Position numbers and translations under genes: made by a program
NCBI GenBank assembly: GCA_964016885.1
Contig: OZ024742.1
Coordinates: 284,022,001-284,086,000, forward strand
Origin: Eledone cirrhosa
Taxonomy: Eukaryota
Direction of reading: 5' to 3'
Length of the DNA: 64,000 nucleotides
Part shown: positions 26,667 through 40,200 of the stretch, piece after piece
Layout: every line of letters starts with the position of its first letter
How positions within the stretch are numbered: the stretch's first letter is position 1
Notes under the pieces: generated by a model
Databases searched by the model: none
What the model saw: the letters and a program-made list of their open reading frames with translations, nothing else
What the model was told of the DNA's origin: nothing

Positions 26667-26746
26667 CTAATATTCTGGACTTTGTGGTTTAGGTTGACCA
26701 AGTAAGTAGGCATCAAAGGGCAAGGCTTTGCCAGAACTGATGGAAT
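26667..26746 (-). CDS. MCPH1: MCPH1 last coding exon ([26 protein letters not shown])
   Basis: Strong polypyrimidine tract plus ccag acceptor, phase 1, DSI...YLL as at the end of BRCT3, TAG at 26669-26667. Confidence 0.85.
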
Positions 26747-29700
26747 CTGGAAACAGGAAAATAGAAAAAAAAAGAGGCACAATAATACTATTTATATACA
26801 TACAAGCATTTTAAGGCCATATTGTTGCTATGGCTCACACGTGTGTAGGTTTAGACAGCCACATATGAGATTGTGTCTCATAGGATATTTAAAAAATAGC
26901 AACTCCAATCCTATCGTACTCAACATGGGCTCCTTTTTGAGGCAATGTTTTCTGGCGCCAACATTTCACTTCTTATGACATGCGGAGATATGGCATATCT
27001 ATTTTAAAACAGATACATATAGAAGTTTCTGAACGGCTGCTGGAGCCCTTAAATTCTAGCATGCCATAACACCATGTAACAAAAAATTTTTTTTATCTGT
27101 TCCTGGCTTGTAATCACTTTTTTTGTGTTGCTTAGGTCCCAAATAAATAAAAAAAAGTGCTATTAAACAATTAAAAGTTTGGGTTTGTAAAAATTCTAAG
27201 CTATTCACTAGAATTATTTGTATGCTGGATTTTACGTTGTATGTAAGTTTAATTTGCTTATGTTAAATGATTTTTTTAGATATGTTTCAGGTTAAATTAA
27301 AATTATAAAATAAAAAGTAATACCTAAAGAAAATTATAAAAGTGCAATAAAGTATAAAATTGTTAAAAAGTGGATTAAAGAGATTTTTTGATTTGGATTT
27401 TCGCACCCTCTGGGCCCCTCACTACTGTTGTGAGCACTGAAAGAAGACGCTGGAAGGGTGGCTGCGAGGTGAGAAAAGGTCCCTGAAATTTTCCAACCCA
27501 CGGGTCTGGTTAGAGCCAACAGACCACGCCACAAACTGCTTTTTTTGCATGGTGGATGTTAGCAAGCGGCGGAAAGGAAAGAATGCTGCTGATGTAGATT
27601 ATCCAGATCTTCCATCATCAATTGCTCCAATTCCTCACTGCTCCAAATATCCCGTGCCAATGCCACCTGCTCCAGATGAAGTCCAAGACAAGTATTCTGA
27701 TGAAGAGGAGGAGATGGATGCTGAGGACTTGGATTACCTGCCTGAGGTACCAGAAAAGGTTCCTCACTTCCCAAACCAAAAAGAAGTCAATGACTTGGTC
27801 AGGGATATGGGTCTGAGCAAGTCCAATGCAGAGCTATTCGTCTCCAGAATGAAGTAGTGGAACTTGGTCAATGAGGAAGTGCAGGTGACAAGTCAGAGAA
27901 GTCGTCACAAACCTTTCTTAGGCTTTTACACTCTTAGGGATGGCTTCTGCCATGACATGCCAGGACTGTTTGACGTTATTGGGGTGCTGTTTGTGCCCAA
28001 GGAGTGGCGGCAATTTATATACAGCTCCACCACAAGTTTGAAGGCTGTCCTCCTCCACAATGGAAACAACTTCCCGACACTGTCCCTAACTCATTCAGTC
28101 TGCCTGAAGGAAGATTACTACAGTGTGAAAGTCCTCTTGGAAGCTCTGCAATACAACCAGTACAATTGGGAAATCATTGGAGACTTCAAGATGGTGGTTT
28201 TCCTGCTTGGACTCCAAGGAGGCTTTATTAAATTCCAATGCTTCCTCTGCCTTTGGGACAGCAGAGCCACCTCTGACCACTACAAAAGAAAGAACTGGGA
28301 GCAGCGAACAGAATTTGTAGTTGGGACCCGGAACGTCATGTGGGAGCCACTGGTTGATCCCAGGATTGTGCTCATGCCACCACTGCACATTAAGTTGGGG
28401 TTGATGAAGCAGTTTGTGAAGGCTCTCAACCAAGAATCAGCCGCTTTTAAGTACCTTCTTAAGTTCTTCCCCAAGTTATCTGAGGCCAAAATCAAAGGTG
28501 GAATTTTTGTTGGACTTCAGATAAAGAAGGTGTTGGAGTCTACCGAGTTCTCCAATAAGCTCAATACGATTGAGAGAACAGCATGGAACTGTTTCAAGGC
28601 AGTTGTTAAGGGCTTCCTGGGCAACTACAGAGCTGAAAACTACCAGCAACTGGAGCAGGATCTGATAAAGGCTTTTGGCACCATGGTATGCAGGATGTCG
28701 CTTAAACTCCATATGCTGGACGCTCACCTAGAAAAATTCAAGGACAATATGGGCACCTACTCAGAAGAACAAGGTGAACGATTCCACCAAGATGTGAAAG
28801 AGATAGAGCGGAGGTTCCATGGCCACTACAATAAAAAAAATAGGGACTATATCTGGGGGCTAGTGCGGGAATGTGACCTGGACTACAACCGCAAATCCAG
28901 GAAATCCAGTCATTTCTGACGTGTATAAGTTGCTTTATAAGTGTTATTTGTTTTTACTTGTTTGCTTTTGATAAGCTTGTGTAATAAAATAAATATATAC
29001 TCTGTTGATTTAATTATATGAACTGATAAATTTTTTTTAAATGTGTTTTTTCTTGAAAAATATGAAAATTTCGAAATATCAAACCCAAACTTCTGATTAA
29101 ATAATAGTGTTTTTTTTATAATAATGGGATATAACAAACCAGGAAATGACACTTAGAACCGGGGAACAAACAATGTTACACGGTGAATCAGGCAACTGCC
29201 AGTCACACAACTGCCACAATTAGACAACCTTAGCCGGTCCCAAGTCTGGTTGAGAAAGGAGGAGGGTTGGGGCGTGGGGTTAGCAGCCCTACCCCCATAA
29301 AAACTTTTCACCGCTACAGAAACGACAAGAAAAAACCATTTTGATACCCAGCGGCGGAAAAGAGAAGACATCATCCCTGGATGCATCTATGATGGGGCCA
29401 AGTCAAAGCCGAAAGGAGGCCCGACTGCGGATAAGTCCTATCTTCAACGGCAAATCAAACACAAGAGTAGGCACCTGATGGAGAAGGTGAGAGAATATCT
29501 CCTTGACATCATGGCCATCAGCGAGACGAGGTGGACAGGACGGAGATGACTCGACAACGGAGGCATGACTATTCTCTACTCCGTTGGGATGGAGGCCAGT
29601 GAGTGAACGAATTATTACTGCCAGATTGAACACAAGGTTAGCCAAGGTGACCATATTGCAAGTCTACACCCCGACTGAAGCTGCCTTAGATGGAAGACCA

Positions 29701-32700
29701 CAAAAAACATGGCGGAGCACATTCAGGGAGGACCTGCGGGAGATGGGAATTACCTGGAGAGGTGCTACAAGGGCCGCCAGTGACAGGATCAAGTGGAGGA
29801 AGCTCGTCGCCCAATGTTCCACAAGGGACTGGAGGAACTAAGACTAAGAATGGTCAAGCAACTGCCATAGTACAGCCCAATCAGAATTTGGTGTCATCTG
29901 CTTACATGTACCATGTGCTACTATCACTTTGGGATTTGGTTTTTATATTACAACAAACAGACCAAACCATTTCAATATAACAGAAAACAGAATCAGCCAA
30001 CTTCAATGGTACAAAGAAGAAGAAAAAGAAGGGATTGAAATAAAATATATAAAACTTACCAAATATCCAGAGTGGAACAACACTAATCATAGATGGATGA
30101 TATTCCTCCCCAATGTAGATACTAGCATTACATATTGAATTCTTCACCTGTGTAATACAGCAAACAGAAAGGCTGTTCATTTTAACATTTTATATGTATT
30201 ATACACACGTTACATGTATTATACACACATGCTACATGTATTATACACACATGCTACATGTATTATACACACAAGCTACATGTATTATACACACAAGCTA
30301 CATGTATTATACACACATACTATATATATTATACACACAAGCTACATGTATTATACACACATCCTATATTATACACACATGCTACATGTATTATACACAC
30401 ATCCTATATTATACACACATGCTACATGTATTATACACACATGCTACATGTATTATACACACATGCTATATATATTATACGCACAAGCTACATATATTAT
30501 ACACACATGCTACATGTATTATACACACATGCTACATGTATTAGACACACAAGCTACATATATTATACACACGTGCTACATGTATTATACACACAGGCTA
30601 CATGTATTATACACACATCCTATATATATTATACACACAGGCAACACATTATATACACAAGCTACATATATTATACACACAGGCAACATGTATTATATAC
30701 ACATGGACTATACAAACATGCTACATGTTTTATACACATGGGTGACATACATACAGGCTACATATCATCACTTTTATGTTCATTTATCTATGCTCACATG
30801 TGTCCTATCTTCTCTCCTACTCACTAGCACTCTAGTTTTGGTTAAGTTTACACTCAGCCCTTTTGATTCCAAATTCTGTTTCCATAGTCAGTACTTATTC
30901 CCTAGTTCTTAGCAATAAGGACCAGGTCATATGCATAGAGAAGTTCCCGTGGACAGCCAGTCTTTAAGTCTCTGTTGTGGCCTGGAGAACTATGATGAAC
31001 AGCAGTGGGCTGAGAACCAATCCCTGATGAAATCCTACTTGCATCTTGAATTCCTCACTAAACCCACTTCCTACTCTCACATTAATGAACAGCTCCTCTG
31101 TACATGGCTTGTACTGCTCTCACAAGCCATCCTTCTACACCTAATTTTCTTAAGGACCACCAGATAACAGAATGTCAAAGGCTTTTTCTAGATCAACAAA
31201 AGCTAGATATAGCAGCTTATTCTTGGCGAGGAACTTCTCTTGTAGTTAGCTCACTAAGAGAGCATAAAACCAAATTGCATTTTGTCTAATTTGACTCTTT
31301 CCTTAATTAGCTGTGCTAGAACTCCTGTCACTTTTATACCTTGGTCCATCAGTATTATTATTCTGTTGTTGCTCTTTTCTAGAGCAACACCTTTACCCTT
31401 GTAGCAATTTATTATTGTACTGCTGCACCAGTCATTGGGTATGACTCTACGGGTTACTAGTTCAGTTCCTACTTCTGCTGCTTTTAGCATCTCAGCAACT
31501 ATCTCTGATAGTCCGACTGCTTTACTATTCTTCATCTTGATTGTTTCTTTGACCCTATAACTGTCAATTTCAATAGTTGGTCGCTCTGTTGGGTGTAGTC
31601 TCTCTTCATCTTATTTATTCTTTACATTCATCAGCCCCTCACAGTAACATTTCCGGGCCTCTTTCTTTTGAGCATCAGTGGTACTAAGTGCACTAGTTTT
31701 ATTTCTAACACTCTTTTCCCCAACAACATCCCAATTCACACAGATACACTGCTTTACATATTGTTATAACTGAGGCCTAACTATTGTTGAAATATATCCT
31801 TTTCCCATTTGAATAAAATGATAATTCTGGGAAGTTCTAAAGTTGTTTGCTAAACAGATATTACTCTGTTTGTTGACACACATTACCTGATTTGAAAACC
31901 AGAATAAATGATTTGAGAAAAATAAAACAATACAAATTAGAGAAGTCTGCTCTTATCTGTTAGAACACGAAAAGTGTGAAACAACAGAATGTTCACTTTT
32001 CGTGTTCTAACATATATGCCTAGCTTCTTTAAAAATTTTTCGGGGATAGCCGTGGTGGTGGTGATCGTATGTCATTGGCTAATTTTCAACCAATTAGAGT
32101 ACCTCTCTCTATATCTCTTCCACTGTTACTTACGCCTGTTTCTCTCTATCTGTTCCGTCTCTGTATATATCTCTTACTCTTTCGCTTTGCACTCCTCCCC
32201 TTCAATACCATCTCTCCCTCTCTCTATATATTTGTTACTCTATCGCTGCACGCTCCTCTCCTTCAATATATCAATTACACACGCTTTACACTCCTTTATC
32301 CCCAGTGCCCCTATATATACACCCCCCCCCTCTCCCGCATCTATATTTTAACGTACCGTTGCACCGTGAATATATGTGTCTATATATATATATATACATA
32401 TATATTGTATATACACATTCATGTATGTGTATACACACTCATGTATGTATATACACTGGTTTTATGTGTGTATTGTAAATTTGTACTGTTAAAACACGAA
32501 ACTAACATTCGATTGACACTTTGATTACCTGTACAGGCAATAGTTATTAGAATGCTGTTGAAGTGTGTATATATTTTTGGGGGACATCCTGTATATACAC
32601 ACATTATATATAATACAATAAACAGATAAATACACACATATATATATGAGCTTATTTAATTATAAATATTGTGAATTTTTAACTCAGTTCAATTATATAT

Positions 32701-33325
32701 ATAAATGGCTTCTACAGGACTAGAACTGTTTCATTCGAAAGAAATCATCATAATATTGAGAGGGGGGACTAGATAAAATATTTCAAATCAAATGTGTATA
32801 AGTTATAAGTTAAAATGTATAAATAGAGACGATAGTGGAGGTATATCTGTTTAGTGGAACAGTAGACGATAGAATTAAATACAGACGATAATCTCCCTTT
32901 AATGAAACAGCAGACGATAGAATTAAGGCAATTTAAATTTTAAGCATTTGCATTTTTGCCTTTCATCGTTACGGGGTCGATAAAATAAAGTACCAGTAAT
33001 ACACTGTCACTAGACGACTTTCAAATTGAATTGTTGGTTCCATTTCTTTAGTATTTTCAATTGTAGTTATCTACTTAAAAAGCGTTACACGGTTAGAGAC
33101 ATAATTCGTAAGTTATATCTTCCCTATTAAACCATTGCATTATTTCGCCTACAATAGAACAAAAATGAAATGTTCTTTAAAGAAACAGGAATATAACTTT
33201 ATAAAAAAAAAAGTTGCATCCGCTTCTTTTATCATTGATAATTTTTTCGTTTTAATATTAATTGTTTTTTGTAGTTGTTTATATTAAAAATCTTACTGTA
33301 ATATTTACTTAAACGAAGGACTAGA

Positions 33326-33383
<58 letters not shown>

Positions 33384-35588
33384 AACGAAGAATGATAAAA
33401 TTTCAAGCAAAGAGTTTAATTAGGTATATTTTGTAATATTATTAACTAATTATTATAATTAACGCGCATATTTTGCTATCCTCAAACACGTTTACACATG
33501 GCATGAAATATAACTAATCCGAGATGGCTAGGTTTCATCTTCTAACTGGATATACGAAATCCATTATGTCTTGACAACAACATGAGGTAACATTATGTTA
33601 TTCACAGACACACTTTGTACACTGTTCCATATCAGAATGTATTTCCTTCGTCACATTCACAAACAGTATTGAAAATATGTTCTTCGGCAAATAAAAATGT
33701 TTTGTTCATAATATTTCAACTAGCGATTGCTCTACTCCACGCACGACCACCATAAATTAATGACCAGCTCAACACAAGTATTGGTAGAGCGTCAGACACC
33801 ATGCTTTGCAGTATTGTTATGGTCCTTTGCATTCTAAGTTCAAATCCTGCCGAGGTTAACTTCGACTTTCATACTTACTAATTCGATAAAATAAAGTACC
33901 AGTAATGGACTGCCGTAATGGATTTGTGCCGAAAAATAGAAACACTATTAATGTGCAATAAGAGCAAAATATAACGACATTGCTCAATTATTTTATCTAA
34001 TGTTGTAATAACACAAGGAAATGTTGTTTGTGTATTTTTTTTTATATTTGCTCATAGGCTTTTACAATTTCGCTCAGCCAACAACTATTAAAAAGTGAGT
34101 TGCTTAAGATAACAATTTAATCACAAATTGTTGCTATCTTTTAATACACTCCAACAAGTCATCAAATTATGTACAATAAAAACAAATCTTATTAATTTGC
34201 TCAGGGAATATAAAGAAAATGTATATACACTGATAATTGCAATTGTATGTAAATATTTTGTTTTTGTATTATGTATAATATATTGCTTTAATATTGATTG
34301 TTTTTTGTAGTTGTTTATATTAAAAGTCTGAAAATATTTTTATACATCTTACACTAATATTTATAAGATAATTTATAATAACAATTACATAATCTAATTA
34401 CATTACAACGATAATTTATTATTAATATATATCCTGTTTAACTAGAGTTATTACAAGCGTTGCCTTAAAAAAATATTAAACTAGACATGAAAAATGCGCA
34501 AGCTCAAAAGTGCCACAGAATGTTATAATAAACCTTCAAAAGTGTGGGACTAGAGTTGTTGCTAAAAAATATTGTAATCATTATATATTGTACATTCTGT
34601 GGCATCCTTTATAAAAATAGCTTAAACCAACGAAGCCTTTATTTTTACGCTATTTCACTTAGTTAATTCTTAGAGTGTAACATATAAAAATAAATACATC
34701 TATGTTTAATGTAATAACAGCTATAAATAATTACGTAATATTATTATCATATACTCATAGTAACAAAATAATTGTGTTGAAACTTAATATGATGCTTATA
34801 TGAACGATCAAATCTATAATGATAATTTCTTAAATATACTAATAGTAAAATAATTTAGTTATCTATTGTTACATTTTCATAGAACTATAATATTAACAAT
34901 CGTATTGCATTATCAAATTTTTATCACTACAAACTTTCATATTGGAATTACCTTAAGCCACTTATTATTACTTCGCTTTCGTACTTTTACAGCTGTAGAT
35001 ATTGCGCTGTATCTTATATCTAATATCAATATCTCGTGGTAATTTGCATGAAGTGTAAAATAGGTTTATTAATAACTTTAATATGAAATGTATTATACAG
35101 GGCTGCGGAGTCGGCCAAAAATTGACTGACTCCAACTCAGGATCCGATACTCCATTATTTCCTAAATTTCAGCTCCGCAGCTCTGTTATTATATTAATTA
35201 ATTTATTTTATAGTTGTAAATCATATTTTTATATGTTACACTCTAAGAATTAACTAAGTGAAATAGCGTAAAAATAAAGGCTTCGTTGGTTTAAGCTATT
35301 TTTATAAAGGATGCCACAGAATGTACGATATATAATGATTACAATATTTTTTAGCAACAACTCTAGTCCCACACTTTTGAAGGTTTATTATAACATTCTG
35401 TGGTACTTTTGAGCTTGCGCATTTTTCATGTCTAGTACAAAATGATTGCTTGACATTCTTTAACACCATGAGAAACTGAGTACTGTAGTAAAATATGTGT
35501 ATGAGGTCAAGAATTTGAAAGTATGCGATTATGTGGACTTCGTAAAAGATAAGTGTTTATATTTATGTCTCCAAATTTTTCAGTTGTA

Positions 35589-35634
<46 letters not shown>

Positions 35635-36201
35635 CAACTGAAAAATTATATATATATATGTATGAGATTTGTATATATATATATATATGTATGAGATTTG
35701 TATATATATATATATATGTATGAGATTTGTATATATATATATATATATATATGTACGAGATTTGTATATATATATATGTATGAGATTTGTATATATATAT
35801 ATGTATGAGATTTGTATATATATATATATATATGTATGAGATTTGTATATATATATATATGTATGAGATTTGTATATATATATATATATGAGATTTGTAT
35901 ATATATATATATATGAGATTTGTATATATATATATATATGTATGAGATTTGTATATATATATATGTATGAGATTTGTATATATATATATATGTATGAGAT
36001 TTGTATATATATATATGTATGAGATTTGTATATATATATATGTATGAGATTTGTATATATATATATATATGAGATTTGTATATATATATATGTATGAGAT
36101 TTATATATATATATGTATATATGAGATTTGTATATATATATATGTATGAGATTTATATATATATATGTATGAGATTTATATATATATATGTATGAGATTT
36201 G

Positions 36202-36235
<34 letters not shown>

Positions 36236-36528
36236 ATTTTTCAGTTGTATATATATATATATATATATATATATACAACTGAAAAATTATATATATATAT
36301 ATATATATATGTATGAGATTTGTATGTATATATATATGTATGAGATTTGTATGTATATATATATATGTACGAGATTTGTATATATATATATATGTATGAG
36401 ATTTGTATATATATATATATATGTGAGATTTGTATATATATATATGAGATTTGTATATATATATATGTGAGATTTGTATATATATATATATGTATGAGAT
36501 TTGTATATATATATATATGTATGAGATT

Positions 36529-36581
<53 letters not shown>

Positions 36582-37196
36582 ATGAGATTTGTATGTGATA
36601 TAAACTGTGTTGAATGTGTTTGCATATAAATTTGTATGTGTACGCCATTTTATCCGTTAATTCAGCATGTGCTAAACGCTGTGATTCTCTATATGTTGAA
36701 AGTCTGCAATTGATATATGGACTTCATATAAGATAAGTGTTTATATTTATGTCTCCAAACTTTTTCCGTTGTATATCATCATCATCATCGTTTAACGTCT
36801 ATCTTCCACGCTAGAATGTGTTTAGGCGGGAATTGCCTCCACTTGAGGCAAGATTGGTCGGGTGACCATGTCTCGATCGTATAGGACTGTCTGGCGGGTT
36901 TTCTACGGCTAGATGCCCTTCCTAACATCAACCACGTTTACAGTGAGGACTGGGAAGTTTTTACCGTGTTACCTACGTGGCTACATTACAGCTTGAACTG
37001 TGTGTTTTTTTGTCGTGACACCTACACGACCTCATTTATTTTGGACTGGATGTTGTGGGACCAACATAACTTTACAGAGAAAGGGTGGTGTTGGTGAGAG
37101 TGGAGGATGGAGTAGGAGTAGTGGGATGGGGTGTATATTTGGTTAAGAGGTGCCTACTGACTGTAGGTTTCGCTTTGTACATAGGCAAGGCGGGTC

Positions 37197-37247
<51 letters not shown>

Positions 37248-40200
37248 AACGAGTAGGACCCCGACAGCTGAGCTCAAGCCGTTTCGACGGCTAATTCTGG
37301 ACTCATTCTGCGTTCAGAATTAGCCGTCGGGGTCCTACTCGTTCCTATTACCCACTCTACTACCCTAAGTATTGAGTACTTTGGTGCGTTATGGTCGATC
37401 TGGTTCCTTACCACATTTCCTTCGTTTTATATATATATATATATGTATATATATAAATATATTTATGAGATTTGTATATATATATATATATATATGTATG
37501 AGATTTGTATGTGTGTTGGTACCACAACATCCAGTCCGAAACAAATGAGGTCGTGTAGGTAACACGGTAAAAACCTCCCAGTCCACACTGTAAACGTGGT
37601 TGGTGTTAGGAAGGGCATCCAGCCGTAGAAAACCCGCCAGACGTGTAAGTGTCACGACAAAAAAAAAACACAGTCCACGCTGTAATGTGGCCGTGTAGGT
37701 AACACGGTAAAAACCTCCCAGTCCACACTGTAAACGTGGTTGGTGTTAGGAAGGGCATCCAGCCGTAGAAAACCCGCCAGACGTGTAAGTGTCACGACAA
37801 AAAAAAAACACAGTCCACGCTGTAATGTGGCCGTGTAGGTAACACGGTAAAAACCTCCCAGTCCACACTGTAAACGTGGTTGGTGTTAGGAAGGGCATCC
37901 AGCCGTAGAAAACCCGCCAGACGTGTAAGTGTCACGACAAAAAAAAAACACAGTCCACGCTGTAATGTGGCCGTGTAGGTAACACGGTAAAAACCTCCCA
38001 GTCCACACTGTAAACGTGGTTGGTGTTAGGAAGGGCATCCAGCCGTAGTAAACCCGCCAGACGTGTAAGTGTCACGACAAAAAAAAAACACAGTCCACGC
38101 TGTAATGTGGCCGTGTAGGTAACACGGTAAAAACCTCCCAGTCCACACTGTAAATGTGGTTGGTGTTAGGAAGGGCATCCAGCCGTAGAAAACCCGCCAG
38201 ACGTGTAAGTGTCACGACAAAAAAAAAACACAGTCCACGCTGTAATGTGGCCGTGTAGGTAACACGGTAAAAACCTCCCAGTCCACACTGTAAACGTGGT
38301 TGGTGTTAGGAAGGGCATCCAGCCGTAGAAAACCCGCCAGACGTGTAAGTGTCACGACAAAAAAAAAACACAGTCCACGCTGTAATGTGGCCGTGTAGGT
38401 AACACGGTAAAAACCTCCCAGTCCACACTGTAAACGTGGTTGGTGTTAGGAAGGGCATCCAGCCGTAGAAAACCCGCCAGACAGTCCTATACGAGCAGGA
38501 CAACCAATCTTGCCTCAAGTGGGAAAACTCCCGTCCAAACCCATGCAAGCGTGGAAGATGGACGTTAAACGATGATGATGATGATGATATATATATATAT
38601 ATACATACACATGTATGAGATTTGTATGTGATATAAACTGTGTTGAATGTGTTTGCATATAAATTTGTATGTGTACGCCATTTTATCCGTTAATTCAGCA
38701 TGTGCTAAACGCTGTGATTCTCTATATGTTGAAAGTCTGCGATTGATATATGGACTTCATATAAGATAAGTGTTTATATTTATGTCTCCAAACTTTTTCG
38801 GTTGTGTATATAAATATATATATAAATATCAAAAGGAAAATCCGAAAGCAAGGTAAAATTTCCAATCATTTTAATCACGACACGTTTCAATAAGAGATAG
38901 ATCGATCGTGAAGCCATAATCGATCATGGCTTCACGATCAATCTATCTCTTATTGAAACATGTGTCGTGATTAAAATGATTGGAAATTTTACCTTGCTTT
39001 CGGATTTTCATTTTGATACCAATACTCCGTTTTACATCATCTAGCTGTTCCCTTGAATGGAATTGGAGATATACAAAAGCGTGGAGAGCTTAATATTGCT
39101 AACAAAAATTTATTGGACCGTTTTACACAACCAATAATACACCTTACTATATATATATATATATTAGGCACCTCTTAACCAAATATACACCCTAATCCAC
39201 TACCCCTACCCTATCCTCCAACAACATCCAGTCCAAATAAATGAGATAATGAGATCGAGATCGTGTAGGTGTCACGAGAAAAAACACACAGTCCATGCTG
39301 TAATGTGGCCGTGTAGGTAACACGGTAAAATAGTTCCTAGTTCCACACTGTCAATGTGGTTGGTGTTAGGAAGGGCATCCAGCTGTAAAAAACCTGCCGG
39401 ATAGTCCTATATGAGCGAGACATGGTCACCCGACCAACCTTGCCTCAAGTGGGACAACTCCCGTCTAACCCATGCTAGCGTGGAAAATGAATGTTAAATG
39501 ATGATGATGATGATATATATTTATATATATAATTATTTCTACTATTGGCACAAGGCCAGCAATTACCCAGTACATTACTGGTACTTTATTTTATCGACCC
39601 CGTAAGGATGAAAGGCAAAGTCAACCTCGGCGGGATTTGAACTCAGATCGCAAAGGGACGTAACTATGCTGGAAAGCATGGCGTCCGACCCTCTACCGAT
39701 ACTGCCAATCCACCGCCTTTATAATGAGAGGTATGCACATATATACATACATACACATGTATATATACACATATATCTGTGTCTATTATTTCTTCTTACT
39801 TTATAATTTGTTACATAGCTCTGATATCGAGTCAATTTAATTATTCCGATTATCTTGTCTCTCATAATCATAGAGCAACACTGGTTAAGGTCGACAACAC
39901 ACAATCTCACATACTTGTGAAAAATGTATATGTGTATATATACATGTGTATGCATGCACATACATGTGCGTACCTCTCATTATTGTCTCAAACTCCCTCA
40001 CGGTAGAGTAACCACGGAAGTATAGAAACTGCTTTTAAGCAAACACTATAAACACTTTCAGTCAACCTTACCACCCATCTGTAGACTCGGTATCATATCA
40101 ATATCTCCCTCCGCCTTCTAAGATACTTTTCACTGCTACAAGGAATTTAGTCCTCTTTCTTGACCGGTGTATCACGTGATAATATCTCTCTCCGCCTTTT

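Larger units (their letters stand above)
36580..38810 (+). repeat. ~200-bp local direct duplication (36580-36775 and 38612-38808; partial copies at ~35520-35590 and ~45940-46010)
   Basis: Near-identical GTATGAGATTTGTATGTGATATAAACTGTGTTGAATG...GTCTCCAAAC blocks. Confidence 0.88.

Noticed and set aside
29902-30059. Read-through of the BRCT3 exon as the MCPH1 C-terminus
   Set aside because: A strong gtaagt donor lies at 30059, and the exon at 26746 supplies the expected DSI...YLL end.
30194-30912. Long His/Tyr/Thr-rich ORFs in three frames
   Set aside because: By-product of a stop-free minisatellite.
36241-36648. Ile/Tyr-rich ORFs
   Set aside because: Translation of a (TA)n compound microsatellite.
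37553-38482. CRISPR-like regularly spaced repeats
   Set aside because: Whole 140-bp units are identical with no unique spacers, there are no cas genes, the context is eukaryotic, and the unit derives from an RTE 3' UTR.
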